From an uncultured Bacilli bacterium (lineage in GTDB: Bacteria; Bacillota_I; Bacilli_A; RF39; UBA660): a stretch of 64,000 nt of DNA. The notes below the pieces were generated by a model. That model had not been told where the DNA came from. It saw only the letters and a program-made list of their open reading frames with translations, and ran no database searches. Numbering within the stretch: position 1 is the first letter of the stretch; every line of letters begins with the position of its first letter. A program made the position numbers and the translations under genes. The stretch is taken from positions 3,844 to 67,843 of the forward strand of contig CANROB010000006.1 of assembly GCA_947632115.1 (NCBI GenBank), read 5' to 3'. Shown piece after piece: positions 45,448 to 55,409 of the stretch.

Positions 45448-48057
45448 ATGAATTATTATAGCTCTTCTAAAGAACAAGTAATGGAAGAATTAAAAACGAG
45501 TGAGCAGGGACTTCTTAAGAGTGAAGCCCAGATTCGATTAGAAAAATACGGAAAAAATGAATTGCCGTCTGCTAAAAAAGATAGTCTTTTAAAGCTATTC
45601 TTTTCGCAATTTGAAAATCCAATTGAAATTATTTTAGTTGTTACCGTTATTCTTTCTTTTGTGGCAAAAGAGGTTGTCGATGCGGTTGCCCTTATTTTTA
45701 TCATTTTAGTGGATGTTATTTTGGGTACAGTAGAAGAATGGCAAGCTAGAAAAGATGCCGAAAGCCTTATTAATATGATTAAAGTAATGGCTAAAGTTGT
45801 ACGGGATGGAAAAGAGATGAATATTGATTCAAGTGAAATTGTCGTAGGGGATATTATTTTACTTGAAAGCGGTGATAAGATTAGTGCGGATGCTAGAATT
45901 TTAGAATGTCATAATTTCCAAGTCGATGAATCTGCTTTAACAGGAGAAAGTGTTGGTGTTGTAAAGACAAGTGAAACACTAGATTTGGATATTTCTTTAG
46001 CAGATCAAAAGAATATGGTCTTTGCTGGAACTTCTGTTATTACTGGTCGGGCGAGGGCAGTGGTTGTTGCTACTGCGATTCAAACCGAAATTGGACATAT
46101 TGCTGATAAAGTAACCAATACGAAAGAAGAAAAATCACCTCTTACGATTCGTATTGAAAAGTTTTCAAAACAAATTAGTATAATCATTATCATTGTTGCT
46201 ATTATTACAGCCGGGGTATTAATTGCTAAAGACTATCCTATTAATACCATTTTCTTAAGTGTAATTGCTCTTTCGGTATCTGCCATGCCTGAGGGTCTTC
46301 CTCTAGCGCTTACGATGGCTTTGACGATTGCTTCTAAACGGATGGCTAAGAAAAATGTGATTGTAAAAAAATTAAATTCTGTTGAATCCCTAGGAAGTTG
46401 TACTGTTATTGCATCAGATAAAACAGGTACACTTACCGTTAATGAACAAACGGCAAAAGAAATTCTTTTACCGGATGGAAGTTCCTTTGAAATTACAGGA
46501 ACTGGTTATAATGATATGGGAGAAGTACGTGCAAGAGGAGAGTCTGATATCTTGCGTGCCAAAGAAATTGCTCTTCTTGGTAAATTAAATAACGAGGCAC
46601 ACCTAGAGAAAAAAGGGGAAGAGTGGAACTTTTTTGGAGATTCTATCGATATTGCTTTTTTAAGTTTAGCGTATAAGATGAACATAGAAGAGGATTATCC
46701 GATAGTAGAGAGAATTCCTTATGAATCAGAAAATCAATACTCTGCTGTTTTCTATGAAAAAGAAGGGGAACTTTACTGTACAGTCAAAGGTTCTTTAGAG
46801 AAGATTATGTCTTTTTCCAAGGAAGATGAAAATCTTATTAGACAAAATGAAGAATTAACTTCTAAAGGATACCGGGTGATTGCCCTTGCCAATGGCAAGG
46901 TAGCTGGTATGAAAAAAGAAGATATTAGTGGCCTTTCTTTTTGTGGGATGGTAGCTTTCATTGACCCTATTCGGGAAGAGGTAAAAGATTCTTTAATTGA
47001 ATGCAAGGAAGCTGGTATTAAAGTTGTTATGATTACAGGAGATCACCCACTTACAGCTTATGCCATTGCAAAAGACCTAGGTCTTTGTGTGAACCAAGAA
47101 GAAGTGGCTACTGGTAAGGAAGTTTCTTATTACCGTGAAAAAGGAGAAGAAGCCTTTGATCAGTTTATTCGAAAGATTAGAGTTTTTGCCCGGGTAACAC
47201 CAATGGATAAACTAGATATCGTAACCTCTTTTAAAAGGCAAGGAGAATTTGTGGCTGTTACGGGGGATGGGGTAAATGATGCTCCCGCTATTAAAGCTGC
47301 TAATATTGGAATCGCGATGGGTAGTGGAACAGATGTTGCTAAAGAAACTGCTTCCATGATTGTTTCTGATGACAACTTTACTTCCATCGTTTCTGGAGTC
47401 AAAGAAGGAAGAACCGCTTATAGTAATATTCGTAAAATTACCTTATTCTTACTAGGATGTGGATTTGCAGAAGTTTGTTTCTTCTTACTTTCTATTGCTT
47501 TTGGTTATGATATCCCACTTGTTGCTATCCAACTTCTATGGTTAAATATTGTAACAGATGGACTACAAGATATTGCCTTATCTTTTGAGAAGAGTGAGGC
47601 TAGTATTATGAGGGAAAAGCCAAGAAATACGAAAGAGTCTTTATTCTCAAAAGACTTAATGATAGAAGTTTTAATCCTAGGAGTTACCATTAGTGCTGTT
47701 GTGTTTGGGGTATGGAAATATATGATGGATAAGGATGTAGATATCATCGTTGCCCGTTCTGTTATTATGATGCTTATGGTATTTATTCAAAATATTGATG
47801 TTTTAAACTGTCGTAGTGAGAAAAGATCTGTCTTTAAAGAAACACTTTTAGATAACCCACTTGTGATTTTTACGATAGTAGGATCGATTGGCTTACAAAT
47901 TTTAATGGCAGAAATTCCTTTCACGGCAACCTTCCTAAAAGTAGAACCATTATCTTTAGGAACAATTGGTATCTTATTTCTATTATCTTTTAGTGTCATC
48001 ATGGTTTTTGAAATTTATAAAGTGATTTATCGCTTTCGAAAAAAGGAAACTTCTTAG
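45448..48057 (+). CDS. Cation-translocating P-type ATPase (type II, Ca2+-like)
   Basis: Phosphorylation site IASDKTGTLT, plus TGES, MITGDHP and TGDGVNDAPAIKAANIGIAMG. About 10 TM helices. Confidence 0.9.
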   Translation: MNYYSSSKEQVMEELKTSEQGLLKSEAQIRLEKYGKNELPSAKKDSLLKLFFSQFENPIEIILVVTVILSFVAKEVVDAVALIFIILVDVILGTVEEWQARKDAESLINMIKVMAKVVRDGKEMNIDSSEIVVGDIILLESGDKISADARILECHNFQVDESALTGESVGVVKTSETLDLDISLADQKNMVFAGTSVITGRARAVVVATAIQTEIGHIADKVTNTKEEKSPLTIRIEKFSKQISIIIIIVAIITAGVLIAKDYPINTIFLSVIALSVSAMPEGLPLALTMALTIASKRMAKKNVIVKKLNSVESLGSCTVIASDKTGTLTVNEQTAKEILLPDGSSFEITGTGYNDMGEVRARGESDILRAKEIALLGKLNNEAHLEKKGEEWNFFGDSIDIAFLSLAYKMNIEEDYPIVERIPYESENQYSAVFYEKEGELYCTVKGSLEKIMSFSKEDENLIRQNEELTSKGYRVIALANGKVAGMKKEDISGLSFCGMVAFIDPIREEVKDSLIECKEAGIKVVMITGDHPLTAYAIAKDLGLCVNQEEVATGKEVSYYREKGEEAFDQFIRKIRVFARVTPMDKLDIVTSFKRQGEFVAVTGDGVNDAPAIKAANIGIAMGSGTDVAKETASMIVSDDNFTSIVSGVKEGRTAYSNIRKITLFLLGCGFAEVCFFLLSIAFGYDIPLVAIQLLWLNIVTDGLQDIALSFEKSEASIMREKPRNTKESLFSKDLMIEVLILGVTISAVVFGVWKYMMDKDVDIIVARSVIMMLMVFIQNIDVLNCRSEKRSVFKETLLDNPLVIFTIVGSIGLQILMAEIPFTATFLKVEPLSLGTIGILFLLSFSVIMVFEIYKVIYRFRKKETS

Positions 48058-48109
48058 TTTCTTTTTTCTTGAAGAATATGATAAAATAAGAGTAAGAAAG
48101 TAGGGGAAA

Positions 48110-48478
48110 ATGAGTGAGATAGATAATATAGATGTTCTTTTAGAGGCATTACAAAAATCCAAATTTAGAAGCCGTTTTACCTTAAAGCAAAAAGAAAAAG
48201 ACTATATCACGGAAAAAGGGATGGATACAATTCAAAGACATGCTATGGACTTTGTAGAAACACGTCTTAGTTTAATTGATCCTAATAAAGATGGGAAACA
48301 AACCCCTATGCGGGGACATCCTGTTTTTATTGCCCAACACGCAACTGCAACCTGTTGTCGGGGATGCCTTATGAAATGGCATCATATTCCGAAAGGAAGA
48401 GAGTTATCACTAGAAGAAAAAAAGTATATTGTTTGTGTGATTATGAGATGGATAGAAAAGGAGTATCGAAATGTTTAA
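48110..48478 (+). CDS. DUF4186 family protein
   Basis: SKFRSRFTLKQKEKDYI...GHPVFIAQHATATCCRGCLMKWH matches the DUF4186 pattern as I remember it. Confidence 0.6.
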   Translation: MSEIDNIDVLLEALQKSKFRSRFTLKQKEKDYITEKGMDTIQRHAMDFVETRLSLIDPNKDGKQTPMRGHPVFIAQHATATCCRGCLMKWHHIPKGRELSLEEKKYIVCVIMRWIEKEYRNV

Positions 48479-49064
48479 ATATGTTGTACCTACGATAGAA
48501 TATAAAGAAAAAGCTCTAGAATATATTCAAGAGTTTTATCAGTATCATTCTCCTATTAATGGAGTAGGCGGATTACATAAATATTTGGAAGATTATGAAG
48601 GATGGTTAAAGAAACTAGAGGAAGATAAAAATCCAACTGTTAGTGAGAACCATGTTCCTGCTCAAACCTTCTTTCTTGTTAGAGAAGAAGATAATCGTAT
48701 TGTGGGTATGAGCAATATTCGTCTTGCTTTAAATGAGCGATTAAAACAATATGGTGGACATATTGGGTATTCTATTCGGCCAACTGAACGAGGTAAGGGA
48801 TATAATAAAATCAATCTCTATCTCGGACTAAAGGTATGTAAGGAACATGGAATTGAAGAAGCATTCCTTGACTGTGATAAAGAGAATTTAGCTTCTGCCA
48901 GGACGATGATAGCGTTAGGCGGAAATTTTGTTCGGGAATATTATCATGAACCCACTAAGAAAATCATTCAAGATTACTTGATTCCTGTTCAAGAATCATT
49001 AAACAAATACCAGGATCTTTATGAACCTATGATTTCTAAAGAGGAAAAACAAACTGTAAAGTAA
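48471..49064 (+). CDS. GNAT family N-acetyltransferase
   Basis: IVGMSNIRL...GHIGYSIRPTERGKGY acetyl-CoA-binding motif. It overlaps the upstream gene by 8 nt. Confidence 0.75.
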   Translation: MFKYVVPTIEYKEKALEYIQEFYQYHSPINGVGGLHKYLEDYEGWLKKLEEDKNPTVSENHVPAQTFFLVREEDNRIVGMSNIRLALNERLKQYGGHIGYSIRPTERGKGYNKINLYLGLKVCKEHGIEEAFLDCDKENLASARTMIALGGNFVREYYHEPTKKIIQDYLIPVQESLNKYQDLYEPMISKEEKQTVK

Positions 49065-49133
49065 ACTGTAATTTTGCTACATGGATTAGAAAACATGCTA
49101 TAATAAAACTAGTATACTAGGAAGAGGAGAAAA

Positions 49134-50366
49134 ATGAAAAAAAGATTTCCATTTATTGTTTTAATAGTGATTGTTTTAGTGCTTTTTACAGGGTGTGGTA
49201 AAAAGAAAAAAGAAATAGAAAATTCGGGACCTATAGTAATTGATGTTGCTAGGATAGCTGATTTTCAAGATGGTATAGCAGTAGTATCTAAGGGGACTAC
49301 TTATTATGTGATTGATACAAATTTAAAAGTGCTATTTGAAAGTAATCATAAACTTACCTATATAGGTGGTTATGCCTTAGTAGATGATTTAGAAAATCGT
49401 AAAGAGCATTCTATTATAAATGTAAAAGGAGAGGAAGTATTTACTTATACCGATAGTGATTATCAAAAAATCACCTTACTAGATAATGGCTATATGATTA
49501 CAGAACGTAAGGATGATACTTGGGATTCCTCAAAAATGGTCTATGGTATTTATAATCTAGCTGATAAAAATTTTGTTCTAGAAGAGAGTGCAGAGAATTA
49601 TAGTGGCATGGCTTCTTTTGGAAAAAATATGGTGAAATTAAATGCAGAGGGAACAAAGTTTTTCAATACGAAGACAAATCAAACGATTACTTATAAACAA
49701 GCAGTGACTAGTCCTTTTCAAGATGGATATTCTGTTAGTCTTGCAGTAGTAAAAAATAAACCATATTTAGATATTTTTACGGAAAATGGTGAGTATCAAA
49801 GAGTTGCTCTTCCTTTTACAGATACCGAAGATAGTTTAAAAACAAGAACAGGTAGTTATGCTTTTATTCAAAGTTGTAATGCTGAAAAATCTTGTCAAAG
49901 TGCCATTGTCAATCTAGCAACCAAAGAAATTACCAATTTAAAAAATCAATATCATTATGTTCAAAACCAGGTTACTTTTGAAGAGGGTGGCTATGCACTC
50001 CTTGTATTCACTAATGAAGGAGGAACTTATTACTATACAGTTGTGGATGGAAAAGGAACGCAACAATTTGAGCCAGTGAAAAGTAGTCCAGAAAACCGTT
50101 ATTTAAGTTCTTATGATGCTAAAGCCCCTAAAATTGTAGATGGTAAATTGTATGAGGGAGGCTATATGATTGCCTACCAAGACGGAACGTATCGATTATT
50201 AGATAAAGGAAATAATGAGATAACCATTGCTTCTGAATATGAGACATTTGAAGGAATAACGGGAGGATATTTAAAAGTAAAAGCAAAAGAACCAGGACGT
50301 GCCCTCCACTACTATTATAAAAACCTAAAAGGAGAAATTGCCGAGGTTACAAAAGATGCTCAATAA
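49134..50366 (+). CDS. Lipoprotein with WG-like beta repeats
   Basis: Lipobox LFTGC and repeated F.DG.A.V... units. Confidence 0.6.
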   Translation: MKKRFPFIVLIVIVLVLFTGCGKKKKEIENSGPIVIDVARIADFQDGIAVVSKGTTYYVIDTNLKVLFESNHKLTYIGGYALVDDLENRKEHSIINVKGEEVFTYTDSDYQKITLLDNGYMITERKDDTWDSSKMVYGIYNLADKNFVLEESAENYSGMASFGKNMVKLNAEGTKFFNTKTNQTITYKQAVTSPFQDGYSVSLAVVKNKPYLDIFTENGEYQRVALPFTDTEDSLKTRTGSYAFIQSCNAEKSCQSAIVNLATKEITNLKNQYHYVQNQVTFEEGGYALLVFTNEGGTYYYTVVDGKGTQQFEPVKSSPENRYLSSYDAKAPKIVDGKLYEGGYMIAYQDGTYRLLDKGNNEITIASEYETFEGITGGYLKVKAKEPGRALHYYYKNLKGEIAEVTKDAQ

Positions 50367-50380
50367 AAGGCATCTTTTTT
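50351..50380 (+). terminator. Rho-independent terminator
   Basis: AAGATGC/GCATCTT stem followed by a T-run. Confidence 0.6.
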
Positions 50381-50440
50381 AGGATTCAAAATCATGGTAT
50401 AATATTTTTACCATTCATAACGCAAAATAGGAGGTATAAC

Positions 50441-51517
50441 ATGAAGTATCTTGGTAGTCAGGAAAGAGAAACTAATCGATTAGTATTAAAGCCCCAAACG
50501 ATGGAAGAACAAAAATACTTGTGGGAAGTTTTAATGATACCGGAAGTAAATCGTTATTTTTTAACGGTTCCACCCAAATTAAGAGATAAATTACGTGATT
50601 GGAAGAAGCAAGAAACTTATTATCAAGAGGATATGAAACATGCTTTTGATAAAGATGTCTTTCGTTGGAGTATTTTCTTAAAAGAAACAGGAGAATGTAT
50701 CGGAAGATTATCTTGTCAAGAAAATGGGGAAGGAATTGAAGACCCTAGTATTCGAGATGTTGGATGGTTAATTGATCCTAGGTATCAAGGAAAAGGATAT
50801 GGAACAGAAGCGGCCTATGCTATGATAGATTATATGTTTTGTGAAGTAGGCATTTCAGAGATTCGAACAGGAGCGGCAATTTTGAATCCCGCTTCTTGGA
50901 AAATTATGGAAAAACTAGGATTTATAAGACAACAAGAGACGAAATGGATTCAATATACTTTCCTAGATGCCCCTGTTGAAGATTATTGCTATCACATCAC
51001 CAAAGAAGAGTGGTTAAAGAAAAAGGAAAATCTCTCATGTGATAAATCTTTTAAGAAAAAGCGTAGAGTGACTCACGCTAATGCTACTGTTTGTTATTTA
51101 AAAAAAGATAATCAAGTATTAATGATAAAATTTTCAAAAAAATGGGGACAAGTATATGCCCCACCAGGAGGAAAGTTTGAAACAGGAGAATCTCCATTAG
51201 ATTGTATCTTAAGAGAGTTTTACGAAGAAACAGGATTAACCTTAATTCATCCGAAATTGCAAGGAATCTCTTATTGGAAAGATTCTTCAGAGGGAATCAT
51301 CTTTGTGTATACGGCTTCTGATTTTAAAGGGGTTTTAAAAACGGTATCCAAAGAAGGAAGATTAGAGTGGATTTCATTAGAAGATTTATCCAAAATAAAA
51401 CAATTTGATCAAAATCAAAAATTCACGCCTTATTTATTTCAAAAGAAATTATTTGAAGGAAAATTTTTGCTAGATGATTCTTGTAATGTTTTAGAATATG
51501 AAATTAGAAATATGTAG
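50441..51517 (+). CDS. GNAT acetyltransferase (RimJ/RimL-like) fused to a NUDIX hydrolase
   Basis: N-terminal half has QGKGYGTEA. C-terminal half has the Nudix box GGKFETGESPLDCILREFYEETGL. Confidence 0.75.
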   Translation: MKYLGSQERETNRLVLKPQTMEEQKYLWEVLMIPEVNRYFLTVPPKLRDKLRDWKKQETYYQEDMKHAFDKDVFRWSIFLKETGECIGRLSCQENGEGIEDPSIRDVGWLIDPRYQGKGYGTEAAYAMIDYMFCEVGISEIRTGAAILNPASWKIMEKLGFIRQQETKWIQYTFLDAPVEDYCYHITKEEWLKKKENLSCDKSFKKKRRVTHANATVCYLKKDNQVLMIKFSKKWGQVYAPPGGKFETGESPLDCILREFYEETGLTLIHPKLQGISYWKDSSEGIIFVYTASDFKGVLKTVSKEGRLEWISLEDLSKIKQFDQNQKFTPYLFQKKLFEGKFLLDDSCNVLEYEIRNM

Positions 51518-51525
51518 GAGAGAGT

Positions 51526-51822
51526 ATGCAAATCATAGAATTACAAAATTTTATCAAAGAAAAAGATTATAAGCCTGAATTAAAAGAAAAATATTTTATG
51601 AAACTTGTTGAAGAGGTTGGAGAGTTATCTGAAGTTATTCGAAAAGAGAAAAGAATGAATCATCATGATATTAAAGGATCTATTGAGGAAGAACTTTATG
51701 ATGTACTTTACTATGTATGTGCTTTAGCGAATTGTTATGATATAGATTTAGAAGAATGTCATAAATTAAAGTCTGAAGTAAATGAACGGAAGTGGTATTC
51801 TAATGAAAACAATCATGGTTGA
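51526..51822 (+). CDS. MazG-like nucleotide pyrophosphohydrolase
   Basis: 98 aa with the EEVGELSE and EELYDVLYY metal-binding helices. Confidence 0.7.
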   Translation: MQIIELQNFIKEKDYKPELKEKYFMKLVEEVGELSEVIRKEKRMNHHDIKGSIEEELYDVLYYVCALANCYDIDLEECHKLKSEVNERKWYSNENNHG

Positions 51823-52372
51823 TATGGATGATGTTATCACGTATGGAAATTTTTCTAAAATATTAGAAGATTATTTAGGATATGTTCCAGATTATGATCG
51901 TATTAAAAGTTATTACATTCAAGATATATTAGGAGATAAAAAAGCAGATTTTTTTAGTAAGTTTAAAGATATGGACATGTATGACCATGCTACTTTATTA
52001 CCAGATTGCTATGATGTTTTAAAGGAACTAAGTGCCTATTATAAGATTTATATATGTACAGACTATATTTGGCGAGAAATTGTTGAATATGCTGGAAATA
52101 ATCTTAAAAATAAATATCGTTTTCTCTATGAAAAATTGGATTTTATAGAACCTAAAAACTATATATTTACGGCAGATAAATCGGTTGTTCATTGTGATAT
52201 TAAAATAGATGATAAAGTAAGTAATATTGAAGGAGCAGAAACAAAATTATTATTTACAGCTTGGCACAATAAGGATTTAACTGAAGAAGAATTAAAACAA
52301 AAGAATATTATTAGAGTGAATAATTGGAAAGAAATTAAGAAGGTCTTATTAGAGGATAATAAATCATTTTAA
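51803..52372 (+). CDS. 5'(3')-deoxyribonucleotidase-like HAD phosphatase
   Basis: MKTIMVDMDDVI (DxDxV motif I). Size and layout fit the NT5C family. It overlaps the MazG gene by 20 nt. Confidence 0.6.
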   Translation: MKTIMVDMDDVITYGNFSKILEDYLGYVPDYDRIKSYYIQDILGDKKADFFSKFKDMDMYDHATLLPDCYDVLKELSAYYKIYICTDYIWREIVEYAGNNLKNKYRFLYEKLDFIEPKNYIFTADKSVVHCDIKIDDKVSNIEGAETKLLFTAWHNKDLTEEELKQKNIIRVNNWKEIKKVLLEDNKSF

Positions 52373-52381
52373 TATTAAAAT

Positions 52382-52410
52382 TTGTGAAGAAGACAATTTT
52401 ATGATATAGT
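52382..52410 (+). promoter_or_regulatory. sigma-A promoter of ndk
   Basis: TTGTGA, a 17-nt spacer, then TGaTATAGT. Confidence 0.55.
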
Positions 52411-52456
52411 AGGCAGTATTCAAGGACTTATATGGTGATAAGAGAGTAGGATAAGT

Positions 52457-52933
52457 ATGGAATACACATTTGTTATGATTAGACCTGGCGCTATTAGAAG
52501 AAAAAAGTTGGATTTTATTCTCTATAGAATTGCAGAAATTGGATTAAATGTAGAATATTGTGAATATAAGATGTTAACTCCTGAGTTTATATATGAACAT
52601 TATGCCCATTTGTTAGATGAGTCTATCCCACGAGATGTATTTGATAGAACTATGGCTGAAAATCTTTCCGGACAAGTAATCGGCATGATTGTAAGTGGTG
52701 AGAATGCTGTTTTAAAAATGAGGGAACTGATTGGTCCAAGCAATGTCAAAAAAGCAATCGAAGAGTATCCTGATTCTATTAGGGCACTAGGGGATCCAAA
52801 TAACAATCCTGATAATCTTATTCATGCTTCTGATAGTGTAGAAAGTGCTACTAAAGAAATAGAAAGATTCTTTAATATAGATATAAAAGATAACAAACAA
52901 AAGTTTTTACAACCAAAAAGTATCAAGAAATAA
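52457..52933 (+). CDS. ndk: Nucleoside-diphosphate kinase (divergent)
   Basis: YTFVMIRPGAI and the catalytic-His block NLIHASDS. The N-terminal motif deviates from the usual KPDGV. Confidence 0.75.
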   Translation: MEYTFVMIRPGAIRRKKLDFILYRIAEIGLNVEYCEYKMLTPEFIYEHYAHLLDESIPRDVFDRTMAENLSGQVIGMIVSGENAVLKMRELIGPSNVKKAIEEYPDSIRALGDPNNNPDNLIHASDSVESATKEIERFFNIDIKDNKQKFLQPKSIKK

Positions 52934-53100
52934 ATAAAAAAACTTACAAACTAAAAAAATTGTAGGTTTTTTTATGGTTGCATAGAAAAAATTTATACAA
53001 TCTATTTTACACTTTTTTCTATTATTTTTTGAATATCCAATATTTTCCATTAAAAACAAGGATTGGTATGATAAAATAAGGATAGAAAGGTAGAGTGTTT

Positions 53101-53595
53101 ATGAAAAGAAAATTATGGATTTTTAGTTTATTAATAGGTATTTTATGTTTATGTGGATGTGAAAGTAGTGAAAAGGATAGAGACAAAATTTTAGCAGCTT
53201 TAAAAAAAGATAAAATTATATCAAGTAGTATGGAACAAATGGATATTGAATCCTATAGCTTTTGGCCCATGGAATGGTGTGAAACACAAAATTATTATAT
53301 TTACAAAGATAAAGATTCCAAAATGATTGCTATTCGATACCAAAAAAATAATAATTCTAAAGAGGATGGATATAATCATTTAGTAACGATTTATTATGAT
53401 GTAACTATCAATGATGATGTCAATCGTATCAGTTCTGAGGATGCTACATGTGAAAATGGTTATTATAAATATGAAAATGGTGAATATACCGATGAAGGTA
53501 AATATCAATGGAAATCATCTACTGACTATCATGCCATTGAAAAATCATCCTTTTTTAAAGGAAAATACTATTCTATAGAATTGGCAGACTCATAA
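53101..53595 (+). CDS. Lipoprotein of unknown function
   Basis: Lipobox LCLCGC. The ATG at 53101 follows a GAAAGG RBS. Confidence 0.6.
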   Translation: MKRKLWIFSLLIGILCLCGCESSEKDRDKILAALKKDKIISSSMEQMDIESYSFWPMEWCETQNYYIYKDKDSKMIAIRYQKNNNSKEDGYNHLVTIYYDVTINDDVNRISSEDATCENGYYKYENGEYTDEGKYQWKSSTDYHAIEKSSFFKGKYYSIELADS

Positions 53596-53665
53596 AATAT
53601 TGTTCATAAAAGGGATTTAAAAAAGAGTAAATCCTTTTTAAAATAGAAAAAGAGGAGGTAATGGT

Positions 53666-54229
53666 ATGTATTGTAAAAATTGTGGTGCTAGTGTTATGGG
53701 AAATGACCAGTTTTGTAAAAATTGTGGTTTGCCAATAGGTTTAAAAGATATGCCAAAGGATGGAAATACTACTGGATTACAAAATTCTCTTGAGAACACT
53801 ATATCAGAAGAAAATGATTTTAGTGAAAGATTTATAAAAGCCTATATGGGTTCTAAAGCGGATCAGATGTATGAAAGTGTAAAAAATGGTGGAGTAAATA
53901 TCTGGGGTGTGCTTTTTGGAATTGGTTATTTTGCCTATCGAAAAATGTATTTTGTTTCTGTATTGATTTTTATCATTGGTAGCATAATAAGTTCTATCGT
54001 TCCATCTATTGGGAGTTATGTTGGAATGATGATTGGATTGATGTTTTGTCCATTATATAGATGGGATATAACTAGAAAATTAAGAAAGATAAAAAGGGAA
54101 AATCCAACCGCTAATGAAGCACAATTATTAGAAATGGCAAAAAATAAGGGTGGAACTTCCTTAATAGGGGCAGTCTTGTTCTTTTCTATTTATATTATGG
54201 TAGTTGTGTTGGCATTTTATTTAGGGTAA
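53666..54229 (+). CDS. Zinc-ribbon plus DUF2628-like membrane protein
   Basis: MYCKNCGAS...FCKNCG ribbon, then NIWGVLFGIGYFAYRKMY and two further TM helices. Confidence 0.6.
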   Translation: MYCKNCGASVMGNDQFCKNCGLPIGLKDMPKDGNTTGLQNSLENTISEENDFSERFIKAYMGSKADQMYESVKNGGVNIWGVLFGIGYFAYRKMYFVSVLIFIIGSIISSIVPSIGSYVGMMIGLMFCPLYRWDITRKLRKIKRENPTANEAQLLEMAKNKGGTSLIGAVLFFSIYIMVVVLAFYLG

Positions 54230-54240
54230 GGTGAGGTAGT

Positions 54241-55185
54241 ATGGATTATAATGAATTAAATAAATATGTTGGAAAAAGTAAAGTTGCAAAATTTTTGGGA
54301 TTGTTTTTCTTGTTAGGTGCTATTTTAGTTGGTACTGTTACAACAATATCCTATATAGATTGGAAAACAAAAGAATCCAATTATATCAAAGAATATGCTT
54401 ATAGCGATTCTGGAATGTTATCTTATGAGAATAAGGGAGAGCAAGTTTATGTTGAAAAACTTTACAATACAGATAATGAAATCATAGAATTAGATATTCC
54501 TGATAAAAGAACCGTTATTCTCTATTGTAGTAAAAAGAATTCCCGTGAATGTATTTATTTTGATCTTGATAACACGGTGGATCAAAGTAAATTAAATCCC
54601 ATTATGGCAATTTTTATTACATTGCTTTTAGCGTGCCTTGCTACCTTTTGTCTTTCCAAAAAACGTGTTCGTAAAATCGTAAAAAATAGTGATAATGGGG
54701 AAGAATATGAACAAGGAACTTCCTTATCTAGTATCTATTTATTTTATGTTTTCCTTTTCGCAATGGGAGTAGGGGTTTTAAGCTTTTTATTATATCAAAA
54801 AATAAATTATCTTCGCTTAAAAGATGATAATCATATTGTAACGGCAACCATTTATTCAGAGATTTATAATAAAGGTGCTGATGACAATCACTATAAACCT
54901 GTTGCTTATTATTATGTCGATAATCAAAGATATATCTATGTTAGTGATATATATGAAGATGGAAATTTAAATGAGAATTTAGGAAAATCTTTTGAATTAT
55001 ATTATGATAAAAATAACCCTAATAAGGTTTCTAGCAAAGAAAATTCGGTTAATATAACTTTGTTAATTGTTGGAATATGTTTTACAGCATTTACATTCCC
55101 ATTTGTATTTTTTAAGAAAAAAATAGAAAAATCTATGGATAAAAATAGGACAAAAGTTAGAAAGGAACAAGAGTGGAAGATTTAA
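54241..55185 (+). CDS. DUF3592-like membrane protein
   Basis: TM helices flank beta segments of the type ATIYSEIYNKG...YKPVAYYYVDNQRYIYVS. Confidence 0.5.
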   Translation: MDYNELNKYVGKSKVAKFLGLFFLLGAILVGTVTTISYIDWKTKESNYIKEYAYSDSGMLSYENKGEQVYVEKLYNTDNEIIELDIPDKRTVILYCSKKNSRECIYFDLDNTVDQSKLNPIMAIFITLLLACLATFCLSKKRVRKIVKNSDNGEEYEQGTSLSSIYLFYVFLFAMGVGVLSFLLYQKINYLRLKDDNHIVTATIYSEIYNKGADDNHYKPVAYYYVDNQRYIYVSDIYEDGNLNENLGKSFELYYDKNNPNKVSSKENSVNITLLIVGICFTAFTFPFVFFKKKIEKSMDKNRTKVRKEQEWKI

Positions 55186-55356
55186 GGTAATGATTTTTTA
55201 GTAAAGAATTATGCAACTAGAAATCTTTGCAAAATGATAACTAGGAGGTATTAAACGGTAATTTAGGTAGTATTTTTGGAACTTCTATGGAAGAAAAAGA
55301 AGATGCCATGAGTGGTGGAATCATTGATATGGAGTATAAATGACTAGGTAAAAATA

Positions 55357-55385
55357 TTGAATTTTCATACACTTTATGGTAATAT
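55357..55385 (+). promoter_or_regulatory. sigma-A promoter of the radical-SAM gene
   Basis: TTGAAT, a 17-nt spacer, then TGgTAATAT. Confidence 0.55.
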
Positions 55386-55409
55386 ATTGGTCATTTCTAA
55401 GGTGATTCT

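Noticed and set aside
45456-48002. Five minus-strand ORFs of 71-82 aa inside the P-type ATPase gene, plus similar antisense ORFs inside thiI, miaB, addA/addB, the ABC genes and htpG.
   Set aside because: All are antisense to long CDSs that are well supported by motifs, and none has an RBS or a recognisable motif. They are typical of chance ORFs.
55288-55344. An 18-codon ORF (MEEKEDAMSGGIIDMEYK) upstream of the radical-SAM gene, considered as a RiPP precursor.
   Set aside because: It has no convincing Shine-Dalgarno. It lies upstream of the radical-SAM promoter, not inside the transcript. No transporter or peptidase genes are adjacent.
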